DNA of 64,000 nucleotides from Planctomycetota bacterium (GTDB taxonomy: Bacteria > Planctomycetota > B15-G4): NCBI GenBank assembly GCA_965248575.1, contig CBDFJQ010000002.1:3776001-3840000 (forward strand), given 5' to 3'. The notes beneath the pieces were generated by a model. The model saw only the letters and a list, made by a program, of their open reading frames with translations, ran no database searches and was not told the DNA's origin. A program made the translations under genes and the position numbers. Shown here in pieces: positions 1 through 8,961 of the stretch (the stretch's first letter is position 1; each line of letters starts with the position of its first letter).

Positions 1-352
1 GCCTCGGGCGGCGGCCGTGCATCGCGCCCTGCTGCAGCGCAAGGGGCGCCTGCTGTGCCTGGTCCTGCTCATCCGCCTGTCGCCCGTGGTGCCGTTTGCG
101 GGGACCAACCTGTTGTTGGCTGCCGCTGGCGTGCGGTTCCACGAGTTCTTCGTGGGGTCCATGCTCGGCCTGGCCCCGCGCATCGTCGCGGTCGTCATGG
201 CCGGCGCCGGCCTTTCGGAGCTGGATCTCTCGTCGAGCGCCGACCTGCGCACGGCGGTCCTGGGAGGGGTGGCCACGGTGGTGGTTTTGTTCCTCATGGG
301 GCGCATCGCCCGCTCCGCCTTGCGCGAAGCCACCGCTGAGGCCACCGCTTAG
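1..352 (+). CDS. TVP38/TMEM64 (SNARE-associated/VTT domain) membrane protein, 5' partial
   Basis: Hydrophobic ORF with the RLSPVVPF..TNLLLA...F..GS.LGLAP motif typical of the family; runs in from the window edge. Confidence 0.75.
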   Translation, partial: PRAAAVHRALLQRKGRLLCLVLLIRLSPVVPFAGTNLLLAAAGVRFHEFFVGSMLGLAPRIVAVVMAGAGLSELDLSSSADLRTAVLGGVATVVVLFLMGRIARSALREATAEATA

Positions 353-408
353 ATCACGGGGCCTGCCGCCCGACTGCCTGCCGTGAACTTGCGGCGGCAC
401 ACCAACAG

Positions 409-1620
409 CTAGCGCTTGCAGCGCCCCTTCAGCTGTTGATTCAGGTTGGCGAGAAACAGTCCTGCGTCCGTGACGATCGGCAAGGTGTGCGAGCTGCCTC
501 GGTCACACAGCTTGGAGGCCACGGCCGGGTTGATGTCGACGCACACCAGGGTGACCGAGGCGGGGATCATGTTGCCGACGCCGATCCCGTGCAGCATGGT
601 GCCGAGCACGACGACCAGACCAGCCCCCTTGAGCAGCGCGGCGTAGCGTTTCTGCGCGGCGATGAGGTCCATCTCGGTGTCGGGCAGGGGGCCGTCGTCG
701 CGAATGGAGCCGGCGAGGCTGAAGGGCACATCGGACTCCACCAGCGCGTGCATGATGCCGCGCTTGATCAGTCCCTTCTTCACCGCGCCCTTCAAGCTGC
801 CTGCGGAGCGCACCAGGTTGATGGCCCGCATGTGGTTCATGTGTCCGTGCATCACCGGCTTGCCGGTGTCCTGGCTCACGCCGAGGCTGGTGCCGAGCAC
901 CGCTGCTTCCACGTCATGCACGGCCAGGGCATTGCCAGCCAAGACGGCATCGACCCAACCCCGACGGATGAGGCCCGCCAGGGAGTCCGCCTGCCCGCTG
1001 TGCACGAGCACCGGGCCCCCGACGATGACCACCTTCTTGCCCGCGGCCTTCATCTCGCGCCACATGTCGGCCAGCAGCCGAGCCTGGCTTTCCGTGCGCC
1101 GCTCGCTCGAGATGTCGCTGGACATGAACGTGAAGTCGCTCTCATCCCGTTGGCGCGTGTCGGGCGTGACGGCGACGCCGCTGTGCCCCATGACGACCTG
1201 CTGGCCCCTTGCGAGGTCGCGCAGCTTCACGCAGTGTGGCGGCCCGTCGCCGACCACCACCACCGCGTCCATGCGTTGGTTGCGCGCCAGCTTCCAGCGC
1301 CCATCCACCCGCACCTTCGTCGGCAGGTTGGTGGTGGAGTAGAAGCCGTCCGGAGCAACGCCTGCCCGAAGCACCGGGCTCAGGTCGACGTCCTTCTCCT
1401 CGGGAGTCGAGAACCCCAAGGCGCCGAGGTTGTTCACCAGGGCGTCGAGGTTCTTGCGGTTAGGTGCGCTGACTTCGAGGGCGACGTGGCTGGTCTCGTC
1501 GTTGTGGCGCCCGATGTCGAAGTGCATGACTTCATAGGTGCCGCCAGCATTGGTGACCGCGTCGAGCGCCTTGCCGAGGATCCCCGCGTCGATGAGGTGC
1601 CCGTGGGCTTCAAGTCGCAC
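409..1620 (-). CDS. TIGR00300 family protein (LOR/SDH-like; ornithine cyclodeaminase-type domain as in the AgrE/ArgZ C-terminus)
   Basis: Motifs GHLID.G, P.GFYSTTN, RMD, FMSS..SSER, GNALAVHD.E, LAGSIRDDGPLP, TMLH.IGVGN, CVDINP. Confidence 0.85.
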   Translation of the reverse strand: MRLEAHGHLIDAGILGKALDAVTNAGGTYEVMHFDIGRHNDETSHVALEVSAPNRKNLDALVNNLGALGFSTPEEKDVDLSPVLRAGVAPDGFYSTTNLPTKVRVDGRWKLARNQRMDAVVVVGDGPPHCVKLRDLARGQQVVMGHSGVAVTPDTRQRDESDFTFMSSDISSERRTESQARLLADMWREMKAAGKKVVIVGGPVLVHSGQADSLAGLIRRGWVDAVLAGNALAVHDVEAAVLGTSLGVSQDTGKPVMHGHMNHMRAINLVRSAGSLKGAVKKGLIKRGIMHALVESDVPFSLAGSIRDDGPLPDTEMDLIAAQKRYAALLKGAGLVVVLGTMLHGIGVGNMIPASVTLVCVDINPAVASKLCDRGSSHTLPIVTDAGLFLANLNQQLKGRCKR

Positions 1621-1623
1621 GCT

Positions 1624-2211
1624 TCAGTCCGCCTCTTCATAGGGGTTGGGTCTGTCACCCAGGGGGTCGAAGCCGACGAGTGCGGCCACCCAATCACAGA
1701 GCTGGGCGACGTTTACGCCCAAGGAGGCGCCGATGTATGCGAGGTGCACGCCGACCTCGACCTGGCTGCCGCGTACGAGCATCTGCAGCGGCGGGCTGAG
1801 ATCGTCAAGCCGCACGTCCTCGATGGGTACGTTCAGGATGAAGTAGACGTCCTCCGCCAGATAGGCGGGGACGACCTGGTCGGCGTCGGGGGTGGGTTCC
1901 TCGTCGTACCAGCGATCGGTGATGCCGTGGTAGAGAGGGATGGCGTAGCTGCGTTCGCGCCAGAGGCCGGCCACGCCGTGGTCGGTGCCGATGTAATAGC
2001 TGTCGGGCATCCAAGCGCCGATGATGGTGAACAACGAAGCGCGGGCGGAGACCTTGATCCCCGGGCTCGAGGAAACCCCCAAGCCGAGGTGGAAGCTCTC
2101 GCCGAAGTCCTTGCCGACGTGGTGGGCGTAGGCGCAGCCGGGGGCAAGCAGCACGCACGCCAGGAAGGCGATTGCCAAGCTGCGGGGTGTGATGAGTCGC
2201 GGGCGGTGCAT
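1624..2211 (-). CDS. Hypothetical lipoprotein
   Basis: Basic N-terminus, hydrophobic stretch and lipobox-like LAPGC; co-oriented with neighbours. Confidence 0.6.
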   Translation of the reverse strand: MHRPRLITPRSLAIAFLACVLLAPGCAYAHHVGKDFGESFHLGLGVSSSPGIKVSARASLFTIIGAWMPDSYYIGTDHGVAGLWRERSYAIPLYHGITDRWYDEEPTPDADQVVPAYLAEDVYFILNVPIEDVRLDDLSPPLQMLVRGSQVEVGVHLAYIGASLGVNVAQLCDWVAALVGFDPLGDRPNPYEEAD

Positions 2212-2274
2212 GGGCGTGATGCCGGTCGGTCTTTCAAGAGGGAGTCAACGGAACACAAAGCGTCATGGGCAAGC

Positions 2275-3054
2275 CTAGCTGCCGGACGCCTCGACGGGAT
2301 AGCGACCCTCGAGCGCGTCGGCGATGATCGACTTCACGTCTTCCGGGAAGTCCTTGTCCATGACCCAGCGCAGGTAGTTGGCCTCCTTCTCGACCATCTC
2401 CTTCAGGGAGCGGTCCTTGTGCTTGCCGAAGGTGATCACGGCCTCGCCGCAGTGCCAGGCGAACTTGCCAGCGCTGTCGATCCAGTTCGGGTCGCTGGGG
2501 TGCAGGAAGTCATGCAGGGCGTCGACCTCCTGGGGCAGCTCGGAGTAGCGCGCGAGTTGCGCTTCGAGCACATCGGCGGTGGCGACGGCGTCGGCCAGGG
2601 CGCGATGGGCCCCTTCATGGGAGCGGCCGCAGTAGAATGAGACGGCGGCCGTGAGGCTGCGTGGCTCCTGGAGCACGAAGAGGGTGCGACTGTCGATGAC
2701 CTTGGTGCCGGGCGCAGGGAAGCTCAGACCGACGCGCCGGAACTCGGCGGCGATCAGGGGGATGTCGAAGCGCTCTGCGTGAAAACCGGAGAGATCGCAG
2801 CCTTCGAAGGCGGCCTGGATCTCCGCTGCGAGCTGCTCGAAGGAGGGCGCCTCGGCCACGTCCTCATCCTGGATGCCGTGCACCTTGCTGGCGCCCGGCG
2901 GAATGGGTTGCCCGGGATTCACCAACCAGCTTTGGGAATCGCGGGATCCGTCGGGCATCAACTTCACCATGGCCACCTCGACGATGCGGTCGGTGGCTGG
3001 GTTGACGCCGGTGGTTTCGAGATCAAAGACAGCAAGGGGTCGGTTCAGTTTCAT
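2275..3054 (-). CDS. DEDDh 3'-5' exonuclease (DnaQ/epsilon-like) with a C-terminal ExoX-like FGKHK domain
   Basis: FDLETTG, FD, HRALAD motifs; C-terminal FGKHKDRSL...YLRWV; start chosen at MKLNRPL. Confidence 0.88.
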   Translation of the reverse strand: MKLNRPLAVFDLETTGVNPATDRIVEVAMVKLMPDGSRDSQSWLVNPGQPIPPGASKVHGIQDEDVAEAPSFEQLAAEIQAAFEGCDLSGFHAERFDIPLIAAEFRRVGLSFPAPGTKVIDSRTLFVLQEPRSLTAAVSFYCGRSHEGAHRALADAVATADVLEAQLARYSELPQEVDALHDFLHPSDPNWIDSAGKFAWHCGEAVITFGKHKDRSLKEMVEKEANYLRWVMDKDFPEDVKSIIADALEGRYPVEASGS

Positions 3055-3208
3055 GCGTACAGGATGCTTGGGAGCGCTGTTCGGCTCCAGCGTTGGAGTG
3101 ATGGAATCTGGGTCCATGTGCACGGAACCCAGGGCTCGATACAATCGACGCCCCAGAGGAGCCGGTGAGCGGCCCAGAGGCGGGAGCCCCAAAGTGATGA
3201 GGGAAGCG

Positions 3209-3808
3209 ATGACGGAAGCCATGACCAATCCCGAGACGGAGCCCGTGTCCCATCCGGCGACGGAGGCAGCCAGGAAGGAAGTGGCGCGCGTCCGGGATCA
3301 GGTGGCACAGGCGGAAGGTGCCGCTGCTCAACTGGCGGACGCTCGTGCCGAGCTGGACAAGTTGTCCCGGGGGCTCGAGTCAGCGGAACGGCAATTGATG
3401 ACGGCGATGCAGCGCCTGTCCGGCTTCGTGGAGCAGATCGACGCGCTGGACCCGGCCGCCTTGGATGAGACGGTGCTGACGGTGTCGGATCGGGTCTCCC
3501 GCATCGAAGACAATGTGGCCAAGTTGGAGCGCCTCAGCCAGGCGGAAGCGCGGACGCAGAAGGGCGCGCTCGAGTCGTTGGGGGCCGACGTGAAGGCGAG
3601 TCTTCGCGATGCCGAGCGCAAGACGGAGGCTGTTCTCAAGAAGGTCTCGGATTCCGTGCGGGCAGCTCATGATCAGTCCATGCAGCAATGGGATGCCGTG
3701 GAGGGACGCGATCAGGAGTTGTCAGCCCAGCTGGAAGCGACACGCAAGATGGTCACTGCGGTGGGCATCTTCGTCGCCATCGTCCTCATTTGGGGCTTCA
3801 TCGCCTGA
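3209..3808 (+). CDS. Coiled-coil protein with a C-terminal transmembrane helix
   Basis: Heptad-rich helical sequence ending in VGIFVAIVLIWGFIA; start uncertain (3197/3209/3221). Confidence 0.7.
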   Translation: MTEAMTNPETEPVSHPATEAARKEVARVRDQVAQAEGAAAQLADARAELDKLSRGLESAERQLMTAMQRLSGFVEQIDALDPAALDETVLTVSDRVSRIEDNVAKLERLSQAEARTQKGALESLGADVKASLRDAERKTEAVLKKVSDSVRAAHDQSMQQWDAVEGRDQELSAQLEATRKMVTAVGIFVAIVLIWGFIA

Positions 3809-3902
3809 GTCGCGCGCCCGGGGCTAGAGCGGGGGCACAGGTGCACCACGGGTGGATCCAAAATGTTTAGGATGCGGGAACCCCTTGGAATGGAGTCCTC
3901 AC

Positions 3903-5120
3903 GTGAATGCCCTGAAAACCAGCCTGACCACCCTCTCTCTACTGTGCGCCATGGGTTCGGCGACGGCGCAGATCGTCAAGGTGCCGCAGGACTTCGGCAC
4001 TATCCAGGAAGCGATTGACGGCGCTGCGGACGGCGACACGATCCAGATCTCCTCGGGCACCTATGACGAGGCTGTCGTGGTGGACGGACGAGATGGCCTC
4101 ACGCTGAAGGGCAAGGGCAAGGTGGTCATCAACGGGGGCGGTGCCGATCACACGATCACCGTCAACGACTCCACCACCATCTCCATCGAAAAGGTGCGGG
4201 TGACGGGCGGCGCGCTCACAGGCGCGTTGGTGACAGGCTCGACGACCGTGACCATCGCCAAGTGCCGCTTCCTGGCTAACACGGCGGACAACATCACTGC
4301 CATCAACACCATGGGGCTCTTCGTGGAGAAGAACTCCATTCTGGGTGGCACCGGTTACGGCGTGCACTCGGAAGGCGGCGACTCGATCCTGGTCACCAAG
4401 AACCGCATCTCCTTCGTGGGCATCGACGGAATCCGGGTCGCGACGGCCACGACGGATGCCCCTAAAGGGCTGCCGTTGGCGGAAGTCTCCAAGAACCGCG
4501 TGGCGGGCGCTGGAGATGACGGCATCGAAGTCCTGGGTTCGAACATCCTGGTGTCCAAGAACCGGGTGATCGTTGCGGGGGACGACGGCATCGAGGTCGA
4601 GGGCGTGCTTCCCGAGCTGGGAGATGACTTCATCACGATCGAGAAGAACGTGATCCGTCTCGCAGCGGACGATGGCCTCAACTTGAACGGGCAGGGCGTC
4701 ACGGCCCAGAAGAACAACATCGTGATGGCAGGAGACAACGGCATCCGCATTGACGGTGGGGGCAGGAACACCATCTTCAAGAATCGCGTGGTGCGCTCCG
4801 GTGACGACGGCATCGAGACCAAGGCCGAGGACACAGAGGGCGGAAGCGGTGACGCAGACGACAACCACATCGAGAAGAACTCCGTGCGCCGCAGCGACGA
4901 GGACGGGCTGGACATCGAGTCTTCGGGCAACACGCTGGTCAAGAACGTCTCAGCCAAGAGCGGCAACAATGGCGTGCTCGTGCAGGGCGGTGGGAACGCC
5001 TTCACCCGGAACAAGTCGCGCAAGAGCGGCGACTTCGACCTCTCCGACCTGAGTGACGGCTCCAACACCTACGACAAGGACGTCTTCAAGACCATCGACC
5101 CCGAAGGCAATCAGCCCTAG
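3903..5120 (+). CDS. Secreted right-handed parallel beta-helix repeat protein (pectin-lyase fold/NosD-like)
   Basis: Signal peptide, VPQDFGTIQEAID N-cap, repeated KN.V...GDDGI.. units; GGAG upstream of GTG 3903. Confidence 0.85.
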   Translation: MNALKTSLTTLSLLCAMGSATAQIVKVPQDFGTIQEAIDGAADGDTIQISSGTYDEAVVVDGRDGLTLKGKGKVVINGGGADHTITVNDSTTISIEKVRVTGGALTGALVTGSTTVTIAKCRFLANTADNITAINTMGLFVEKNSILGGTGYGVHSEGGDSILVTKNRISFVGIDGIRVATATTDAPKGLPLAEVSKNRVAGAGDDGIEVLGSNILVSKNRVIVAGDDGIEVEGVLPELGDDFITIEKNVIRLAADDGLNLNGQGVTAQKNNIVMAGDNGIRIDGGGRNTIFKNRVVRSGDDGIETKAEDTEGGSGDADDNHIEKNSVRRSDEDGLDIESSGNTLVKNVSAKSGNNGVLVQGGGNAFTRNKSRKSGDFDLSDLSDGSNTYDKDVFKTIDPEGNQP

Positions 5121-6451
5121 CCGTCCTGGCCGCGGGTGGGGCTGGGAACGCTCTCGGCTTCCAGGTGGGAGCGCCAAACGTCCTCCAGGCTGGCGAGATC
5201 CTCGGCGTAGATGTCCTCCAGCAGCTTGTCGAAGAGCTCGGGGCTGGGGTCGAGCGGCGTCGCGCTGTAGAGACGGCGGAACTTCTCCAGGCCGTGCGTC
5301 TCGAACAGGAACTTCACGAAGGATCCGCTCTGCGGGTAGGTGATGAGGTCGTCCTGGCCCCGGAAGCCCGTGGTGGCCACGATCTGTTCCAGGGGCAAGA
5401 GGCTTCCGTCAGCGAGCATGCGGCGGGCCGGAACGTCCACCGGCTCCGCGTGCCAGCTTCCCGAGAGGTGGACGGCGAGGCCCTCGGCCAGCAAGGCGCT
5501 ACCAGACCCCCAGGTGCGGGTCAGGAGGTGCACCACTTCGTGGCGGTCAGTCCAGAAGATGCTGTGGATCTCGTCGCTGCCTTCGACGTGGGCGTTGCCG
5601 GCAACCCCCGTGATGGCCGCCTTGCGCGCGTTGTCGGGGTAGTAGTAGTACTGCACGGGTTGGCTGAGCTGCGTTTCCAGGTGCCGTTCCAGCTCAGTGA
5701 GGAACGCTTCGTTGGTCTTGACCACGAGGTCGGGCGGAGTCCCGTCGTGTTCCCAGTGGTAGATGTAGCGGCCACGGTCGGCTTCTTTCCATTCCGCTTG
5801 GGCCAGGGGCACGAGGCTGACGTCGTCGAACCACGCGCTGCCTGAGCACGTCAGGAAGCAGCCGACCGTGGCGTGAGCGGCGCCGGCTGGCGCGCGGACC
5901 AGCCGTTCGACCTTCGTCCAGCCATGGGTCCCCACCAGAGGGTGGGTCGCAACCACCGGCGCTCCGCCTTCTGAGGGGATCACGGAACCCTCGGCTGTCT
6001 GGAACTGCACGAAGAGGTTGCAGTTGAGGTATTGGGAGCCCGTGCGTTGCACCTGCGCCGTGCGCATCCAGCCCCTGAGCAGGTAGCGTTGTCCCGCTCG
6101 GACGCCGAGACCGGACTGCAGCGCCGCCAACCATCGAACCGTCTGTGCGTCTCCTTGCAGCTTGAGGCTAGAAGCCCCTGCATGTGCGACGGAGTTGTCG
6201 TGCGTCAGAACGGACTGGGCGTTCCCATCGGCATGAACAGCCATCACAGCGGAATGCCAGTGGCGAGGGGCTCGCTCAGCATCGAAGGACTCGCCAGCGG
6301 GTTCCTCGAAGGATTCGTTATGCAGAACAGGCCCCGAGCTGCCGTCTTGAGCCTGCACGCCCCCTGTTGCTGCCATGAGCATCAGCAGGCAACGCAGTGC
6401 CCAGGCTGACCCGCTCACGGAAACGAGCTGCTTGGGCTGAACCGGCTTCAC
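5117..6451 (-). CDS. Secreted protein: galactose-binding-like carbohydrate-binding domain plus gluzincin/peptidase MA-like domain
   Basis: N-terminal N.SFEE...GQRY.L.GW...GTHGW...G.AWFDDV module; HEVVH..LAEGLA zinc motif; start uncertain. Confidence 0.7.
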   Translation of the reverse strand: MKPVQPKQLVSVSGSAWALRCLLMLMAATGGVQAQDGSSGPVLHNESFEEPAGESFDAERAPRHWHSAVMAVHADGNAQSVLTHDNSVAHAGASSLKLQGDAQTVRWLAALQSGLGVRAGQRYLLRGWMRTAQVQRTGSQYLNCNLFVQFQTAEGSVIPSEGGAPVVATHPLVGTHGWTKVERLVRAPAGAAHATVGCFLTCSGSAWFDDVSLVPLAQAEWKEADRGRYIYHWEHDGTPPDLVVKTNEAFLTELERHLETQLSQPVQYYYYPDNARKAAITGVAGNAHVEGSDEIHSIFWTDRHEVVHLLTRTWGSGSALLAEGLAVHLSGSWHAEPVDVPARRMLADGSLLPLEQIVATTGFRGQDDLITYPQSGSFVKFLFETHGLEKFRRLYSATPLDPSPELFDKLLEDIYAEDLASLEDVWRSHLEAESVPSPTRGQDG

Positions 6452-6761
6452 GACAGGCTGAGTGAGGATCACGAGATGACTCCGAAGGAAACGACCCGTG
6501 CTTTGGATCCTCCTGTATCGTGCAGCGCGTCCCAAAGATCTCTTCCCACTCTCCGGGTTGAGAGCCTTCTCTCTGCGGGACTCTTGGCCGGGCAGGGCCC
6601 AAGAACACCGGGCCAAAGCGCCGAGAGTTCATCAGGAGACGGTGCGTACCTCGATAGGGGTTCGCCTTCCGGAGTGCGAGCAGGTCTCGTTCCACGCGTC
6701 GATTGCTTGCAGTGCGATCGATCCCACGTCGCGCCGAGGGGCCGGTGCCGGCACTTCTCCG

Positions 6762-8438
6762 ATGAGTGAGGTCTCCACCTTGAAGTCATGGATGTCATGG
6801 ACGTTGTCCAAGTCGCGCTGCGCGAAACTTGGTGTCGCTGCAGTTGCTGCAGTCATGTTGCTGGTCGGGCCGACTTCGGCCCAGCTGACGGGCCAAGGGG
6901 GGCCGCAGAAGGGTGACCTGCCGGGTTTGCCGCAGGCCGTGGATGTGGTGCAGACGCCTGACGGACTGATCTTCGCGTCCGACCTGGGCGGCACCGAGCT
7001 GTTCACCTCTTGGGCGGAGTACGCGCTCTCCGACTTCTTCCAGCGAAACAACATGAAGTGTGGTGTGCCGCCGGTTCTCAATGACGGCAGCCTCGCCGCG
7101 AGCCAAAGCGATTGCTCGAGCAGCTTCAACAATCCCGCTGCGGAGTATGACCCGTCGGGTGGCGCGCTCTACCGGATTCCGGTGGTCGTGCACATCATCA
7201 CCACCAAGAACGGGTCGGGTGCCATTAGCGATGCGCAGGTGGACAGCCAGATCGACATCCTCAACGAGGACTTGGGGGCGCTTCCAGGCAGCCTCGGAGC
7301 CAACGGCTACGACGCCAAGATCGAGTTCTTCCTGGCCACGGAGGATCCGTCAGGCAACCCCACGACGGGTATCACCCGCTCCGCGAACAACCGCTGGTAC
7401 AACGACCAACAGGCCTACTGGAACTCCCTGGCCTGGGACACCAACCGCTACCTGAACATCTACACCAACACCGCCAGCGGCAACCTGGGCTACGCCTTCG
7501 TGCCGAACGGTGGCGGCGTGGTGGGCAACATTGCCGACCGCGTGGTGATCCTCTGGTCGTCCTTCGGGTTGAACGGTCCCATCGGTCCTCCCTACAACCT
7601 CGGCCGCACGGTGACCCACGAGGTGGGCCACTACCTCGGGCTCTACCACACCTTTGATGGTGGCTGCGCCAGCACCAGCGGTTGCAACAGCAACGGTGAC
7701 CTGATCTGCGACACGAACCCCGAGGCGTCGCCCATGACGCAGGGTGCTTGCTCGCGGGTGACGTGCTCGTCGTCGGATCCCGTCGACAACTACATGGACT
7801 ACTCGGACGACATCTGCATGCAGCGGTTCACGGTGGAGCAGGTGCGCCGCATGCGTTGCACGCTCGAGAACTGGCGTGTGGACCTGGACGGCGGCCCGAC
7901 GACTCCCACCCTGCCTGGCAAGGCGGGGAGCCCGAGCCCCTCGAACGGCGCATCCGGCGTCTCGACGAGCACGGGAACGAGTTGGTCGGCCGGTTCCGGG
8001 GCTGACGCCTACGACGTGTACTTCGGCACGGATTCCACGCCGGATGCTGGGGAGTTTGCTGGCAACCAGACAGGCACCAGCTTCAATCCGGGCACCCTCG
8101 CTGACGACACGACCTACTACTGGCGGGTCGACTCCGAGAACGCCCAGGGCACCACCACGGGCGATGTGTGGAGCTTCACCACGGCGCCCATAGGCGGCGG
8201 CGGGGTGACCCTCTCCGCAAACGGCTACAAGGTGAAGGGCAAGTGGCACGCTGACCTCAGCTGGAGCGGCGCGGCAGGCGGAACGGTCGACATCTACCGC
8301 AACGGTTCGTTGCTCACGAACACGTCCAATGATGGTGCGTACACCGATGCCACCACCTTCAAGGGTGGCGGTTCGCTCACCTACGAGGTGTGTGAGCCAG
8401 GCGGTGCCTGCAGCAACTCTGTGACAGTGAATTTCTGA
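6762..8438 (+). CDS. Secreted zinc metalloprotease, M43 (pappalysin/ulilysin) family, with C-terminal Fn3-like domains
   Basis: IPVVVH, THEVGHYLGLYHTF, D.ICDT, NYMDYS Met-turn; YDVYFGT..TYYWRVD..GDVWSFTT domain. Confidence 0.92.
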   Translation: MSEVSTLKSWMSWTLSKSRCAKLGVAAVAAVMLLVGPTSAQLTGQGGPQKGDLPGLPQAVDVVQTPDGLIFASDLGGTELFTSWAEYALSDFFQRNNMKCGVPPVLNDGSLAASQSDCSSSFNNPAAEYDPSGGALYRIPVVVHIITTKNGSGAISDAQVDSQIDILNEDLGALPGSLGANGYDAKIEFFLATEDPSGNPTTGITRSANNRWYNDQQAYWNSLAWDTNRYLNIYTNTASGNLGYAFVPNGGGVVGNIADRVVILWSSFGLNGPIGPPYNLGRTVTHEVGHYLGLYHTFDGGCASTSGCNSNGDLICDTNPEASPMTQGACSRVTCSSSDPVDNYMDYSDDICMQRFTVEQVRRMRCTLENWRVDLDGGPTTPTLPGKAGSPSPSNGASGVSTSTGTSWSAGSGADAYDVYFGTDSTPDAGEFAGNQTGTSFNPGTLADDTTYYWRVDSENAQGTTTGDVWSFTTAPIGGGGVTLSANGYKVKGKWHADLSWSGAAGGTVDIYRNGSLLTNTSNDGAYTDATTFKGGGSLTYEVCEPGGACSNSVTVNF

Positions 8439-8692
8439 TTCAGCACGCGGTGCGTCGGAACCGGTTCCAGGCCTGAGCAAAGCTTGGGACGGTTTCGGCG
8501 TGCTGCGCTGAGTGCTCACGCAGGGCACAGGACCCGTGGATTGGAGCGCCGGTGGCGGCTCTTCAGCCCGCGGGTCTTTTTCTTGCCCGAAAGAATCGGG
8601 TGCCGCTTCCCACCCACGGCTCGTTGCGCGATTCTGCGCAGTGCGCTTTGGCGCTCGTTTCCCTTCTCGCCCCAAACTGACAAGGAGCACCC

Positions 8693-8875
8693 ATGGACGT
8701 CATCAACAGCGAATGGTTTGCAGGCTGGGGCACCTTGGCTTTGGTCAACGCGGGCATCGCCCAGGGCAAGAACCGCAGCGGTGGCAACTGGTTCCTTGTG
8801 TCGATTTTCCTGGGCCCCATCGCCACCTTCGCCCTGGTGGCCTTCAGCGAGAAACTGCCCGACGCAAGAGAATGA
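8693..8875 (+). CDS. Small two-TM hypothetical membrane protein
   Basis: AAGGAG RBS; WGTLALVNAGIAQGKNRSG..WF..S.FLGP.A pattern. Confidence 0.75.
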   Translation: MDVINSEWFAGWGTLALVNAGIAQGKNRSGGNWFLVSIFLGPIATFALVAFSEKLPDARE

Positions 8876-8961
8876 GGCGTGGCAGCTGCTGATGTGCTGG
8901 GTCGGCAGGACGATTTGACAGACTGCGGGGCGTGCTTCGATCCCCCAGCCGAGTTCCTGCC

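Noticed and set aside
409..2211. The lipoprotein's TGA stop is in frame with the downstream TIGR00300 gene (TGA AGC GTG), so read-through was possible
   Set aside because: The downstream gene has its own GAGG RBS and a family-typical start; no Cys-like context or evident hairpin; fusing a lipoprotein to a cytoplasmic enzyme is implausible.
2275..3054. dnaQ gene symbol
   Set aside because: DEDDh motifs are clear, but the C-terminal FGKHK domain and the context do not establish it as the Pol III epsilon subunit.
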